From: Eledone cirrhosa
Taxonomy: Eukaryota
DNA: 64,000 nt
Reading direction: 5' to 3'
Assembly: GCA_964016885.1 (NCBI GenBank)
Contig: OZ024760.1
Span: 33,294,001 to 33,358,000, forward strand
This document shows, one piece after another, positions 49,549-63,192 of this stretch (the stretch's first letter is position 1; each line of letters starts with the position of its first letter). Position numbers and translations under genes: made by a program. The notes under the pieces are model-generated. The model did no database searches. It worked only from the letters and a program-made list of their open reading frames with translations, and had not been told where the DNA came from.

Positions 49549-51720
49549 CATGCAGATAGGAAATATATGTATGATTTCAATACTTACAAGAATCCACCAC
49601 ACAACTCTTTTGAGAAAGACCTTTTTAATTTAATTAAACACCTCAAATTTAAGAAGTATAAATCTGTCTTTCAAAAGGACCTTGATTCTACCCTATTGGA
49701 CCTAAAAAAATCTAATAATGCGTCACTCACCAACATCAACAACAAAACACACAACATAGTAAAAAAACTAAACATTGAAGATAGAACTGAACCTTTGGCA
49801 TTGAAAAGACCACACTTCAACCTGAAGGATCATAAATCAAACTTTAACTCAAATCCTTCTATAAGACTTATATGTCCCTCCAAATCTGATATTGGAATAA
49901 TTAGCAAAAAAATTTTGGATAGAGTCATCCCACAAATAAGAAAACACGTTAATTTACCACTCTGGGAAAACACTTCCCAGGTAATTAACTGGTTTAAAAA
50001 TATTAGATGTAAATCTTCTGCTTCATTTCTACAATTTGATATAGATAATTACTATTCTTCTATATCACCTATACTCCTGAACAAAGCATTGATATTTGCT
50101 AAAAATAGATCTAACTTAACTTTGGATGACATTAATATTATTAGACATGCTAGACTAACACTTATTGAATTTCAGAATGAATACTGGACCAGAAACACAT
50201 ATAGTAATCTATTTGATATTACTATGGGTTCAAGCGATTCCGCCCAAATTACTGATCTTGTGGGCCTCTTTCTCCTTTTCAACATAAATGCCTCCTTTCC
50301 CCACCTTAAAGGTGGTTTATATCGTGATGACTGTCTTCTTCTTTCCAACAACCTTAGCCTTTCAGAAATAGAAAAAAACAAAAAGCATATTAGAACTTTC
50401 CTTAAAGACTATTATAGTCTTCATATTACTTTTGAAAAAACAAGTAAAGTAGTAAATTTCCTAGATATAACTTTAGACTTAGCTACGGGTATCTACCAAC
50501 CTTACCATAAACCCAACCAAAACTTACACTACATACACTCACAATCTAATCACCCTAAATCTATCCTTAAAAACCTTGCATATAATATATCACTTAGAAT
50601 TTCTAACCTTTCTTCTAACCAAGATGTATTCGATAAAAATGCGACCTTCTATAACGAAGCTCTAGATAGAAGTGGCCACAAAAATAGATTAGAATATATA
50701 CCTTCTACTAAAAATACTATAAACATACAACCTAATATTACCAACAAACACCAAATGAAAAGTACACACCTAAATGCCACCCACACTATACCCCAAAATA
50801 CCAACAACTCTTCTAATACAAAGTATAGTAACTCTCAAAAAACTACTCATCATACAACTCTAATAAATGTTAATAATAAAATTCCTAATAAACAAGATAA
50901 AACACCTAAATCTATAAATCTAACTAAAAATGTGCGTGGTGAGATCATTAACATTAATCCTCCTAGTAAACATCACGATACAACCTATAAAAATAATAAA
51001 CAACATAGAAACCGTAATAGACGAGTTACTTGGTATAATGCTCCATTTAATTTACAAATTAAGGATAATATTGCTAAAAAATTTTTTTATATCCTAGAGA
51101 AAAACTTCAAGCCAAACCACAAATACCATCAAATCTTAAATAGGTCTACAGTTAAATTCTCATACTCAACAACCAATAACATAAAACAAAATATAAGTGC
51201 CTATATTGCATATAAATGTAAGAATACCATAAGTATACCACCAATACATCAAACTAACCATAATATCTCCTCAAATACAGAATTAACGAAAGGTTGTAAC
51301 TGTAGAAACAAAGCAAACTGCCCATTAAAAGGAAATTGTCTTGTTAACAACATAGTTTATAAATATAATGTTAAAACTAAAAATTCTATTTGCTCATATA
51401 TAGGAGCTACTTCTAACAATTTTAAGGTAAGGTTTAATACCCACAAACATAGTTTTAAAAATGCCGCACTGGCTAATACAACATCTCTAGCAGAAAAAAT
51501 CAATAGTTATAAAAATAAGAATATAGAATATGATATGACCTGGAGTGTGCTCAAAAGAGCCACCCCTTATCAAAATAATAGAAATGAATGTAGATTATGT
51601 TCCCAAGAACTATTTGAAATAATGAAATCTAAGGATATCTTATTAAATAAAAGACAGGAATTAATTATATCGTGTAATCATAAACTAAGAAAAACATTTA
51701 AATATTATAAACCTAATTAA
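49549..51720 (+). CDS. Naiad-type PLE (family F) RT + GIY-YIG, 5'-truncated, frame open
   Basis: [60 protein letters not shown]...YIG, CRLC. It lacks the ADKT segment seen in families B and E (in-frame deletion near 49715). The upstream YI tract of the tracked ORF is flanking microsatellite. Confidence 0.92.
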   Translation, partial: HADRKYMYDFNTYKNPPHNSFEKDLFNLIKHLKFKKYKSVFQKDLDSTLLDLKKSNNASLTNINNKTHNIVKKLNIEDRTEPLALKRPHFNLKDHKSNFNSNPSIRLICPSKSDIGIISKKILDRVIPQIRKHVNLPLWENTSQVINWFKNIRCKSSASFLQFDIDNYYSSISPILLNKALIFAKNRSNLTLDDINIIRHARLTLIEFQNEYWTRNTYSNLFDITMGSSDSAQITDLVGLFLLFNINASFPHLKGGLYRDDCLLLSNNLSLSEIEKNKKHIRTFLKDYYSLHITFEKTSKVVNFLDITLDLATGIYQPYHKPNQNLHYIHSQSNHPKSILKNLAYNISLRISNLSSNQDVFDKNATFYNEALDRSGHKNRLEYIPSTKNTINIQPNITNKHQMKSTHLNATHTIPQNTNNSSNTKYSNSQKTTHHTTLINVNNKIPNKQDKTPKSINLTKNVRGEIININPPSKHHDTTYKNNKQHRNRNRRVTWYNAPFNLQIKDNIAKKFFYILEKNFKPNHKYHQILNRSTVKFSYSTTNNIKQNISAYIAYKCKNTISIPPIHQTNHNISSNTELTKGCNCRNKANCPLKGNCLVNNIVYKYNVKTKNSICSYIGATSNNFKVRFNTHKHSFKNAALANTTSLAEKINSYKNKNIEYDMTWSVLKRATPYQNNRNECRLCSQELFEIMKSKDILLNKRQELIISCNHKLRKTFKYYKPN

Positions 51721-52200
51721 TAACATTATTTTAGAAATTAATATATAATTTAATTTAAATGTTAGTTAACCTATAAATTTAATTTAATTAAAATTCTACT
51801 ACAGATGAGATTATAAAATATTGTGTAATCATAAATTTTGAAAAACTTTTAAATATTACTAATATATACTTCGTAAATTAATTTATAGATTAATTTTAAT
51901 TTATTTAACCTTTTATTAAAATTCCTTTACAGATAAAATATAACAAAATATAACAAAATATAATGACAGAGAAATATTTTTTAATATTATAGACCTAATT
52001 ATTGTACATTTTAGAAATATATTTATAATTTGGTTTTAATTTGGTTAACCTAAAAATTTAACTTAATTGGCTTAAAATTAAAATCCTAATACAGATGGAT
52101 TGCAGAGTGTCATGTAATCATAGACTGAGATAGGTTTTGGATGTATACCTAGTTAATATATTCTTTGCAATTTTTGAAAAAATATGTATATATATATATA

Positions 52201-52311
<111 letters not shown>

Positions 52312-52984
52312 ATATATATATATGTGTATATATTGATTTTAATTTCTGTTTACCTATAATTATATTCTACTATAGATAAAATACAATATCTGTTTTAATT
52401 ATTATAAACCTAATTAACATATACTATAGAAATTAATATATAATTTTTAATTTAGTTAACCTATAATTTATATTCTACTACCGATGCAATACTTTATTTG
52501 TTTTTTTTTCCCTATTACTAAATTCATTTCCTAATATTGATACCATAACGTTAATAATTTTAATTTAGTTATACTATAATTAATATTCTACTACTATTTA
52601 ACTTCAAAATTCCGCTTCAAATATTATAAACCTAAGTAGTATACACCTTAGAAATCAATATATTAACTATCTTTAATTTAGTTAACCTATAATTAATAGT
52701 CTACTTATATTAAAATGCATAATTTTGCCTTCTTTCTTACATTTCCTAATACTGAAACTACTATGTAAACACATGTTATGATCTAAATGCAGATTAATAT
52801 TCTATGTTTCTTGAAACCTATATTTTCTATAATCCCCTCCCCCCCCCCTTCCCCCCTATTATTATTTGTATTTGTAAGCGTGGATGTATGTATGTATATG
52901 TAGGTAGGTATGTATGTTTGGGTGTTTGTATGTGAGTATAAAAATACATATGTGCGCATGTAAATAAGGGTGTATGATTGTGTG

Positions 52985-53015
<31 letters not shown>

Positions 53016-53146
53016 ATATGTATGTATATGTATGTATCTATGTATTTATGTGGGTATATGTGTGTATGTATATGTATGCGCATATATACGTCTATGTGTA
53101 TATGTGTGTATGTGTATATATGTACGTATGTGCGCATGTATATGTG

Positions 53147-53184
<38 letters not shown>

Positions 53185-53186
<2 letters not shown>

Positions 53187-53564
53187 CGATATTGAATGAA
53201 TGGAGGCTGTATTTGTAGGGCATGTTTGTTTCATTATATATGTTTCAGGGATGTCATATTGACGATGTGTTGTGCCTTCTTCAGACAAAATACAATATAG
53301 ACAGTTTTATAAATAAATAGATTTGACATACCGTTCAACATCGACTTGTATTTGAAAAGTTGATTTGGCAGTATTTTGTCTGTGGAAGGCATAGCATATT
53401 GTTAGTGTGATGTCCCTGAGGTATATATGATGGGATAGATATGGTTTTGTAGATGTAGTTTCCATTTATTTAGTATCGTAAATATACTCCAAATACTTGT
53501 TGAGTGCTTTTATATCAGTTATAAATATTTACTAATTGTAACCCAACAATTTAAATATAACTTT

Positions 53565-53567
<3 letters not shown>
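53185..53567 (-). mobile_element. PLE-type 3'-end fragment with degenerate hammerhead (53227-53292), nested in (TA)n
   Basis: Similar to 42342-42530. Motif tattttgt CTGAAGA aggcac...catccct GAAA catat ATA atgaaaca. Confidence 0.65.
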
Positions 53568-53602
<35 letters not shown>

Positions 53603-53642
53603 AGTTGATGTGTGTATGTGTATATATATATGTATGTATATG

Positions 53643-53707
<65 letters not shown>

Positions 53708-53811
53708 ATATATATGTGTATATGTATGTGTGTGCATATTTGTCTGACTGTGTGTATTAATTAATTTATTTATTTATTTATTTTATTTATTTTATTTATT
53801 TTTTTTATATA

Positions 53812-53886
<75 letters not shown>

Positions 53887-54196
53887 ATGTATATGTGTGT
53901 GTATATATATGTATGTGTATATGTATGTGTATGTATATGTGTGTGTGTGTGTATGTGTGTATATATTGATATGGGTATATGTATCTCTATTTATATATGT
54001 ATATATGTGTATGTATATCCCTTTATTTATGTATGTCTGAGTTGTGTGAGCGTGTGGTTGTGTTTGTATATGTATACGCATACATGGATGTGTATGTATG
54101 TGTATATATGCGTATATGTATGTGTGTATGTGTGTGTGTATATATATATATGTCTATGTATGAGTATGTATATGTATGTATGTGTGTATATATATA

Positions 54197-54261
<65 letters not shown>

Positions 54262-54342
54262 TTATTATATTATATGTGTGTGTGTATATATATATATATA
54301 TATCTTTGTATGTGTGTATGTGTATATGTGTGTATGTATGTG

Positions 54343-54414
<72 letters not shown>

Positions 54415-54776
54415 GATATGTATGTGTATGTGTGTATATACATGAGTGTGTTTATATATGTGTATAGATATATGTATATATATATATATATATGTGTGTG
54501 TTGTGAATGTATATATGTATGTATGTGTGTATATATATATATATATATATGTGTGTGTATATATGTTTATGTCTATGTATTTTTATGTGTATATGTATGT
54601 GTCTCTATATGTATGCGTGTGTGTATGTGTATGTGTATTTATATGGTGTGTGTATGTATATGTATGTGTATGTATGTGTTTATGTATGTGTGTATGTATA
54701 TATATGTATATATATATATATATATATATCTATATGTATGTATATCGATGTATATTTTATATTTTACTTGTTTATA

Positions 54777-54822
<46 letters not shown>

Positions 54823-54832
54823 CTTAATATTT

Positions 54833-54973
54833 TTCTTTTTTCTTTTTCTTTTTCTTTTTCTTTTTCTTTTTCTTTTTCTTTTTCTTTTTCTTTTTCTTTT
54901 TCTTTTTCTTTTTCCTTTTCTTTTTCTTTTTCTTTTTCTTTTTCTTTTTCTTTTTCTTTTTCTTTTTCTTTTT
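54833..54973. repeat. (CTTTTT)n hexanucleotide microsatellite
   Basis: Seen directly. Confidence 0.97.
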
Positions 54974-55536
54974 ATTTCTAAATTTATAGATACATTTATA
55001 AATAGGCAGTTTGCTGACACCGGTAAATACTGACCTCCCCCCCCCCCGCCACCTATTTTCTGTATCTTGATCTAAATATGTGTGGCAGTGTTTATGTGCG
55101 CGCATTAATGTCCATATGCTTATGATAATAATATATACACATATATGTGTGTGGGGGTGTGTGTGTGTATGTATGTTCGTGGTTGTGTGTATGTTTATGC
55201 GTATACGCGCGTGTGTGTGTGAATGTATGTATATGTGTGAGTATATGAATGTGTATATATTTATTTTTATATTTATATGTTTATATGCGTATACATATTT
55301 TATCTGTAGATTATAAACATACAGAGACATTAGCCCTGAATTTTTGTATTTACATACATCTTTTCGGCATGCGTATGCATGTGAACATATATTTTTATGC
55401 ATATCTGTGAACGAAGTTACTTACATATATACATACACCTAACTGTATTAACTTTTTGTGTTTTCATTGGTCAATTTGAACTCTGTTCCCAAACAGACCT
55501 GTAGTTTTGAATTGTTGTTATTATCAATAAATATAT

Positions 55537-55690
55537 TTCATTATTTCTGAAGACGGCATATATATGTGTTGGTATGTATATTTAATTTTGATAGTTTGTA
55601 TAATTTTGTATAATTTTGTACATAGATCTGTTGAATATGCATGCCAATTCTAACACATATATATCCTAGAAACGATCGTTAAATAATGAA
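55537..55690 (+). ncRNA. Type I hammerhead with 115-nt stem II
   Basis: ttcattattt CTGAAGA [115 nt] GAAA cgatc GTT aaataatgaa. Perfect 10-bp stem I. Confidence 0.8.
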
Positions 55691-56478
55691 CTTTTTTTGT
55701 TTAATATAAGGAACTGTTTCATTGTTTTATTCATTATTTTTTTAATATTTTATCTTGACTCTGTATTCCGTTTATCTTTCACCGAAAGTGATTTTTCATT
55801 GCATCTCTTCTTTCCATGATATCCGGATTACATTGAGTTCTTCATACGGATTGGACACTACCGTAAACTCTTGGTAGATTTATCTACATATATATATGTA
55901 TATATATATATATATGTATATATATGTATATATATGTATATATATATATATATATATATGATATGTATATATATGTATATATATGTATATATATATATAT
56001 ATGATATATATATATATATGTATATATATACATGTATATATATGTATATATATGTATATATATGTATATATATATATATATGTATATATATGTATATATA
56101 TATATATATGTATATATATGTATATATATGTATATATATATATATATGTATATGTATATATGTATATATATATAAATTGAAACAAAATGAAAACGAAATT
56201 TCATTTCTCACTCTTAGTATGGCACTTACTTAAATGTAAGTATGCATGTATACGTACATACATATATGTATACAGACGTACAGTAGCATGCACATATATA
56301 TATATATATATATACATATATACATACATATGCATACAGGTACACATACATATATGCACGTATCAGTTTAGCGGCGCTAACGTCGCTTTGTTCGTTTGTA
56401 AACAAACTGAACAGCCTGAATTTATGCCATACGGTGTTAAGGCAACCACGTCACCTTTTTGTTCAACACTGACACAGG

Positions 56479-56523
56479 AACGATGTACTAGTTTCAAGCT
56501 TGTTAGCTATCATCAGCACCGTT
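56479..56523 (-). ncRNA. Minimal type I hammerhead (inverted unit)
   Basis: Reverse complement of 57043-57087. Confidence 0.9.
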
Positions 56524-57042
56524 TACCCATCTGCCAGATAGTTGAACGTTCGAAAGTATATACTTTCCTTATGAAAATTAACGGCTGAGCAGCCTAATTT
56601 GCATATTGAGTGAGTTAAATCGGTCAGGCATACCGAAAACGATAAATTGAATTTATGCCTTAACACCGTATGGCATAAATTCAGGCTGTTCAGTTTGTTT
56701 ACAAACGAACAAAGCGACGTTAGCGCCGCTAAACTGATACGTGCATATATGTATGTGTACCTGTATGCATATGTATGTATATATGTATATATATATATAT
56801 ATGTGCATGCTACTGTACGTCTGTATACATATATGTATGTACGTATACATGCATACTTACATTTAAGTAAGTGCCATACTAAGAGTGAGAAATGAAATTT
56901 CGTTTTCATTTTGTTTCAATTTATCGTTTTCGGTATGCCTGACCGATTTAACTCACTCAATATGCAAATTAGGCTGCTCAGCCGTTAATTTTCATAAGGA
57001 AAGTATATACTTTCGAACGTTCAACTATCTGGCAGATGGGTA

Positions 57043-57087
57043 AACGGTGCTGATGATAGCTAACAAGCTTGAAACTAGTACATCGTT
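57043..57087 (+). ncRNA. Minimal type I hammerhead
   Basis: aacggtg CTGATGA tagct-aaca-agctt GAAA cta GTA catcgtt. Confidence 0.9.
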
Positions 57088-57508
57088 CCTGTGTCAGTGT
57101 TGAACAAAAAGGTGACGTGGTTGCCTTAACACCGTATGGCATAAATTCAGGCTGTTCAGTTTGTTTACAAACGAACAAAGCGACGTTAGCGCCGCTAAAC
57201 TGATACGTGCATATATGTATGTGTACCTGTATGCATATGTATGTATATATGTATATATATATATATATGTGCATGCTACTGTACGTCTGTATACATATAT
57301 GTATGTACGTATACATGCATACTTACATTTAAGTAAGTGCCATACTAAGAGTGAGAAATGAAATTTCGTTTTCATTTTGTTTCAATTTATCGTTTTCGGT
57401 ATGCCTGACCGATTTAACTCACTCAATATGCAAATTAGGCTGCTCAGCCGTTAATTTTCATAAGGAAAGTATATACTTTCGAACGTTCAACTATCTGGCA
57501 GATGGGTA

Positions 57509-57553
57509 AACGGTGCTGATGATAGCTAACAAGCTTGAAACTAGTACATCGTT
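57509..57553 (+). ncRNA. Minimal type I hammerhead
   Basis: Identical copy at +466. Confidence 0.9.
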
Positions 57554-57974
57554 CCTGTGTCAGTGTTGAACAAAAAGGTGACGTGGTTGCCTTAACACCG
57601 TATGGCATAAATTCAGGCTGTTCAGTTTGTTTACAAACGAACAAAGCGACGTTAGCGCCGCTAAACTGATACGTGCATATATGTATGTGTACCTGTATGC
57701 ATATGTATGTATATATGTATATATATATATATATGTGCATGCTACTGTACGTCTGTATACATATATGTATGTACGTATACATGCATACTTACATTTAAGT
57801 AAGTGCCATACTAAGAGTGAGAAATGAAATTTCGTTTTCATTTTGTTTCAATTTATCGTTTTCGGTATGCCTGACCGATTTAACTCACTCAATATGCAAA
57901 TTAGGCTGCTCAGCCGTTAATTTTCATAAGGAAAGTATATACTTTCGAACGTTCAACTATCTGGCAGATGGGTA

Positions 57975-58019
57975 AACGGTGCTGATGATAGCTAACAAGC
58001 TTGAAACTAGTACATCGTT
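57975..58019 (+). ncRNA. Minimal type I hammerhead
   Basis: Identical copy at +932. Confidence 0.9.
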
Positions 58020-58440
58020 CCTGTGTCAGTGTTGAACAAAAAGGTGACGTGGTTGCCTTAACACCGTATGGCATAAATTCAGGCTGTTCAGTTTGTTTAC
58101 AAACGAACAAAGCGACGTTAGCGCCGCTAAACTGATACGTGCATATATGTATGTGTACCTGTATGCATATGTATGTATATATGTATATATATATATATAT
58201 GTGCATGCTACTGTACGTCTGTATACATATATGTATGTACGTATACATGCATACTTACATTTAAGTAAGTGCCATACTAAGAGTGAGAAATGAAATTTCG
58301 TTTTCATTTTGTTTCAATTTATCGTTTTCGGTATGCCTGACCGATTTAACTCACTCAATATGCAAATTAGGCTGCTCAGCCGTTAATTTTCATAAGGAAA
58401 GTATATACTTTCGAGCGTTCAACTATCTGGCAGATGGGTA

Positions 58441-58485
58441 AACGGTGCTGATGATAGCTAACAAGCTTGAAACTAGTACATCGTT
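58441..58485 (+). ncRNA. Minimal type I hammerhead
   Basis: Identical copy at +1398. Confidence 0.9.
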
Positions 58486-58721
58486 CCTGTGTCAGTGTTG
58501 AACAAAAAGGTGACGTGGTTGCCTTAACACCGTATGGCATAAATTCAGGCTGTTCAGTTTGTTTACAAACGAACAAAGCGACGTTAGCGCCGCTAAACTG
58601 ATACGTGCATATATGTATGTGTACCTGTATGCATATGTATGTATATATGTATATATATATATATATGTGCATGCTACTGTACGTCTGTATACATATATGT
58701 ATGTACGTATACATGCATACT

Positions 58722-58753
<32 letters not shown>

Positions 58754-58763
58754 ATTATATATG

Positions 58764-58794
<31 letters not shown>

Positions 58795-58860
58795 GTATAT
58801 ATATATGTATATATATATATACATGTATATGTATATATATACATATATATGTATATATAT

Positions 58861-58951
<91 letters not shown>

Positions 58952-59036
58952 ACTTTGAATAACTTTGAAATGTTTTGGCTAGTATTGGCCCAGGTCATGT
59001 CTAACTTAATAGCACCACCTGGCGAAGTCTTTCAAT

Positions 59037-62000
59037 TCAGGATTTGGGCACCATGGCCCATTCGAGAAGAGAATTACTGTTTGCGGAGACATATCCGGGT
59101 GTGGGTGGTTTGTCCGGGATTACTTGGAGGAATTTGTCCAAAGACTTCTTGAATTTTGTGTGGTCAGTTTCTGTTTTGACGTGTCCTGGTGTGATGTTGA
59201 GGAGAGCAGGGCCGATTGAGGTGAAATAATTGTGCCGTATTGTTGTTATGAGTTGCGATTTAGATTTTTGAATGGGACGGATAGCACGGGGCCCAACCCT
59301 TGGGTGTATCTTGAAGGCGATGCCAACATCATTTGGGCAGTGATGATGGAACATTTTCCACATCATGCAGATAATATAACGCTCACGGCGGCGTTGGAGT
59401 GAGTAAAGTTTCAGGTTTTCTAATCGACCCCAGTAGTCAAGGTCTGACATGCCATCTATCTTTTTCGTGATTGCCCTTTGAGGAGCTTCAAGTTTCATGA
59501 TACTTTGTTTCGTGTGGGGAGACCACAGTGGACAACAGTATTCAAGGTGTGGTCGGGCAAAAGTAGAGAAGAGAAGGATAATGGTGCGGGAATCTCTCGA
59601 CTGGAAGGTTCTGAGGATCCAGGAACACATTCTGCGGGCCATGTCAACTTTGCTGCTTATATGCGTGGTCCAGCTTATGTTGCTGTCCACGGTTACTCCC
59701 AAGTCTCTGATGTTGTTAGATGCCACGAGAGTTTCCCCGGAGGGAAGGGAGTACGGGAGTTTCAGAGCATCCTCTTTTCCAAAGTGGATCAGTTCGAATT
59801 TGTCTTCGTTCAGTAACATGTTGTTCTTTTCTGCCCATTGGGTAACAGCCAGTAGGTCTGACTGAAGGCTTATCCGGTCATCCACGCCATTGATGACCTT
59901 TTGGAGCTTGGAATCATCAGCGAAAATTTTAATGTTGCTGTGTTTGATGATGTCAGTGATGTCATTAATATAGATGATGAAGAGAAGTGGGCCCAACACA
60001 GTGCCTTGTGGGACCCCACTACTGACTTTGGCTGGGCTTGATTTGACTCCCTCAAATACAACATGTTGGGTTCTGTTTGACAGGAAGCTCTTGATCCTCT
60101 GCAGCAGCTTTCCAGTGACACCAATATTGTACAGCTTTCTCAGTAGAATGTTATGATCAACCCTGTCAAAGGCCTTGCTGAAATCAAGGTAGATAACATC
60201 AGTGTTGGAACCCTCTCCCAAGGCTCTCAAAATGTCATCAAAGTGATGCAGTAGCTGCGTCAGGCAATCCCTTCCATTACGGAATCCATGCTGGTTGGAG
60301 TTCAGCATATTGTTACTCTCAAGGAAGTGGGTCATTCGCGATCTCACCACTCTCTCAAATACCTTAATGATATGAGAGGTGAGTGAGATTGGACGGTAAT
60401 TCACGGCAAGGGATTTGTTTCCCTTTTTGAAAACTGGGACAACAGACTGGGATAGAAGGTTTTCTGGCACATATCCAGCATCCAGTGAGTTCCGCCACAG
60501 ATTGGCAAGAGGAGATGCAAGTTGGTGTTGACACGCCTTCAAGACACAAGCAGGGAACCTATCGGGACCTACTGCTGAATTATGCTTGATTTCCTTTATT
60601 GCCGCCAAGACATCAGGGGCGCCAAACGTTATGTCCGATAAGGTGTAATGGGGAGTAACATCGCCGATACAGCCCAGATCGGCCATATCAGGATTGCTGA
60701 AAACAGCAGTATTGTTTCTGCAGTATCTCACCCATGGTTTTAGCATTGTCTTGAAGAGTGCCATTTTCATCAATTAGAGGGCCAACAGTAGAGCCAGTGA
60801 TTTTGTGTTTTTTTGCAAATGAAAAGAACACTTTGGGATTGAGTTTGATCTTCTCAATGGCCCAGGCCTCTTCAGCTCTTCTCTGATTGTTGATGAGGGA
60901 CATTATGTTGTTTTGGAGGTTATGTTTTTTAATCTCTAGTGATGAAATGGCAGTCAAGTTGATGTGTTGCTGCTGACAGTATTTCAGCTTGTTGATTTTT
61001 TTGTTCGTTCTCTTAATTTTTCTGATGAGCGTTTTTCTATTTCTAGGGATTCTGCTCTTAGATTTGTTTATAGTTCTTAATGGGGTGTGTTTAGCACATA
61101 TGTTTGTAACAGTGTCCACAAATGTCTGCCAGGACTTTTTGATGTTAGTGGGTGTATGAGTGTGCGTGAAGGACCAGTCGACATGTGCAAGATCATGACT
61201 GATCGCTTCCCAGTTTGCATTGTGGAAATCCATAGCGTCAAACGGATGGACAGGAGAGATGACATTGGGTTTGTATATTGGACGGTGGAATCTCAGATCA
61301 CAGAGAACCATGTCATGATCAGAGAGTAGAGTTTTCTCCACTGCAATATTGTGGATATTGTCAGTGTGATTGCTGAAAATTAAGTCTAGGACGTTTTTGT
61401 GGCACCTCGTTGGTTCGAGCACCAGTTGGGATAGGAAGAAATCATCCATGAAGTCAAGAAGCGATTCCACAGCTTCCCTGTCAGAGGTTGAGGCAGAAGA
61501 ACCTGGTGGCAGGCTGTTTGTGGACCAGTCAACTCCGGGGAGGTTGAAGTCCCCCATCATTAAGATGTTGTCAGGGTGACACTCTTGGATGAAACACTTT
61601 ATGCTGTTGAGGCATTCCTTGAAGCATGGTACAGGCGTTTGGGGTGGCCTATAGAGCCCAACTACTAATAGGTTGTTAGTTTGACTGAATACAGTGACTG
61701 CTTCACAGTATCCATTAGTGAATATGTTCATAGCCTCTGTTGAGAAAGAATTATGGACATAAATGGCAGTTCCGCCCTTTCTTCTGCCAGCGCGATCAGC
61801 ACGGATGGCTTTGAAATTTTTCACTTTCACCTCGGCTTCCAAGTGGAGGTTACTGAGATGGGTTTCAGTGAGGACGAAGAAAGGGATGTGGTTTGGATGG
61901 ACATCAATCCAGTCCTCCAGGAATTTGATCTTCCATTATTGAGTATTGGTGGAAGGGCTGATGCCTTGGGCGTTAAGCAAAAATGTAGAGGCGAGAGTGG

Positions 62001-62172
62001 ATGGTTTTAATTGTTTTGGTGTGTTGTTAATTTGTTTGTTTTTTAATGGCAGCAATGGGAGTTTGTGCAGTGGGGTGATAGTGGAGGGTGGTGCTGGGTG
62101 ATAGCTCGAATGTTTTTTTCCAGTTCTTTTGCCAGATTCATTATGGCTAAAAAAGAGGAAGAAGTTTCCTGT
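59037..62172 (-). pseudogene. LINE ORF2 (APE + RT); TAA at 61936-61938 and a 2-nt deletion near 60705
   Basis: ORFs 60688..61842 and 59037..60773 with motifs [10 protein letters not shown] and KIFADD. Copy 1 has AAA at the stop position and lacks the deletion. Confidence 0.95.
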
Positions 62173-63192
62173 TTAGAAGACTGTTGGTGACTGTGGTAGT
62201 GGTTATTTTTATGTAGGTTATGGTTTTTGTTTTTGCTTTTATTTTTAATTTTATTTTCATTTGTCCGACGGGTCCCCGGGAGATGGGTAAAGGGACAATC
62301 CCGGTCTAAACACAATCTGTCTCGCAGGGAAAAGCGGCAGATTTGTGGATTCCTTGTTTGAGTTATTGGTGGTTGTGTTGGTGTTAAATTAGAGTATGTA
62401 TTATGGTGGTGGCTGTTTGTGGGGATAGATCGTTTTGTCCTAGGTAAATGGGTGAATTTGCAGCCACTACCCGTACATATTCTATAGCGTAGAGAGTAGC
62501 GGCAAATGATGGGGTTTCGAGTGGGTGGGTATGTGGGTGTGGGTGTTGTGAGAGGTGTAGATGATGGTTTGGGTAGGATTTGACGACCTTTGTGGACTGT
62601 GGGAGGGAGAGTTCTTGTTCTGGAATTAGAAGGTAAATTCCTTGACATAGCAGTAGACAAAAATGTTGTAGTAGTAGTAGTAGTAGTAGGCAGAGATGTT
62701 GGCAGTGGTGATGATTGGACTGCTGGGCCAGAGAAAGGATGTGGCGTTTCATGCTGTGAGACAGGCTACTGGGGAATCAATAGTTTCATTTAGTAGATCG
62801 GCCATTGTTGATGAATCAAGGAGTGGTTCACACTGTTGTTGTCGTTGTTGTTGTTGTTGCTGTTGTTGATGTTGTTGTTGTAGCTGTTGTTGTTGTTGCC
62901 GTTGTAGCTGCTGTTGTTGTTGTTGCTGCTGCTGGACAGCATTCGAAGAAAAAACACACCGTAGTTTATCCAAATGTTTATTGATTAATTTAAAAGCAAT
63001 TTCTATTTGCTTTAATCTATTTTGAATCTGTTGTTCAGATCGAGTTTTCAAAAATTGAACTGTACGTTTAGCAATGTCGTTCAGAGATGAAGCATCTATG
63101 TCTTCTGTTCGGGTAAGGCAATGCCATGTGTTTTTTAGAATGTCGATTTCATTATCAGACCAGTTCTGTTTGGATTTTTGCTGGTTAGCCAT
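62043..63192 (-). pseudogene. LINE ORF1: Myb/SANT-like N-terminus, polyQ, two CCCH fingers; one frameshift near 62770
   Basis: WSDNEIDIL...RSEQQIQNR, a Q tract, then CRYSLRYRICTGSGCKFTH and CRFSLRDRLCLDRDCPFTH (C-x8-C-x4-C-x3-H). Confidence 0.8.

Larger units (their letters stand above)
56172..58722 (+). mobile_element. Retrozyme-like array: 466-bp unit x about 4.4 (+), preceded by one inverted unit (56172-56650)
   Basis: Exact 466-bp period (ORF-track repeats at 56978, 57444, 57910, 58376). One hammerhead per unit. (TA)n flanks. Confidence 0.9.

Noticed and set aside
54772-55402. Poly-K / KR basic ORFs
   Set aside because: Translation of (CTTTTT)n.
56978-58714. Repeated 112-aa and 93-aa ORFs in the 466-bp units
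   Set aside because: Microsatellite-influenced, frame differs in the inverted unit, and they are not shared with the 468-bp family.
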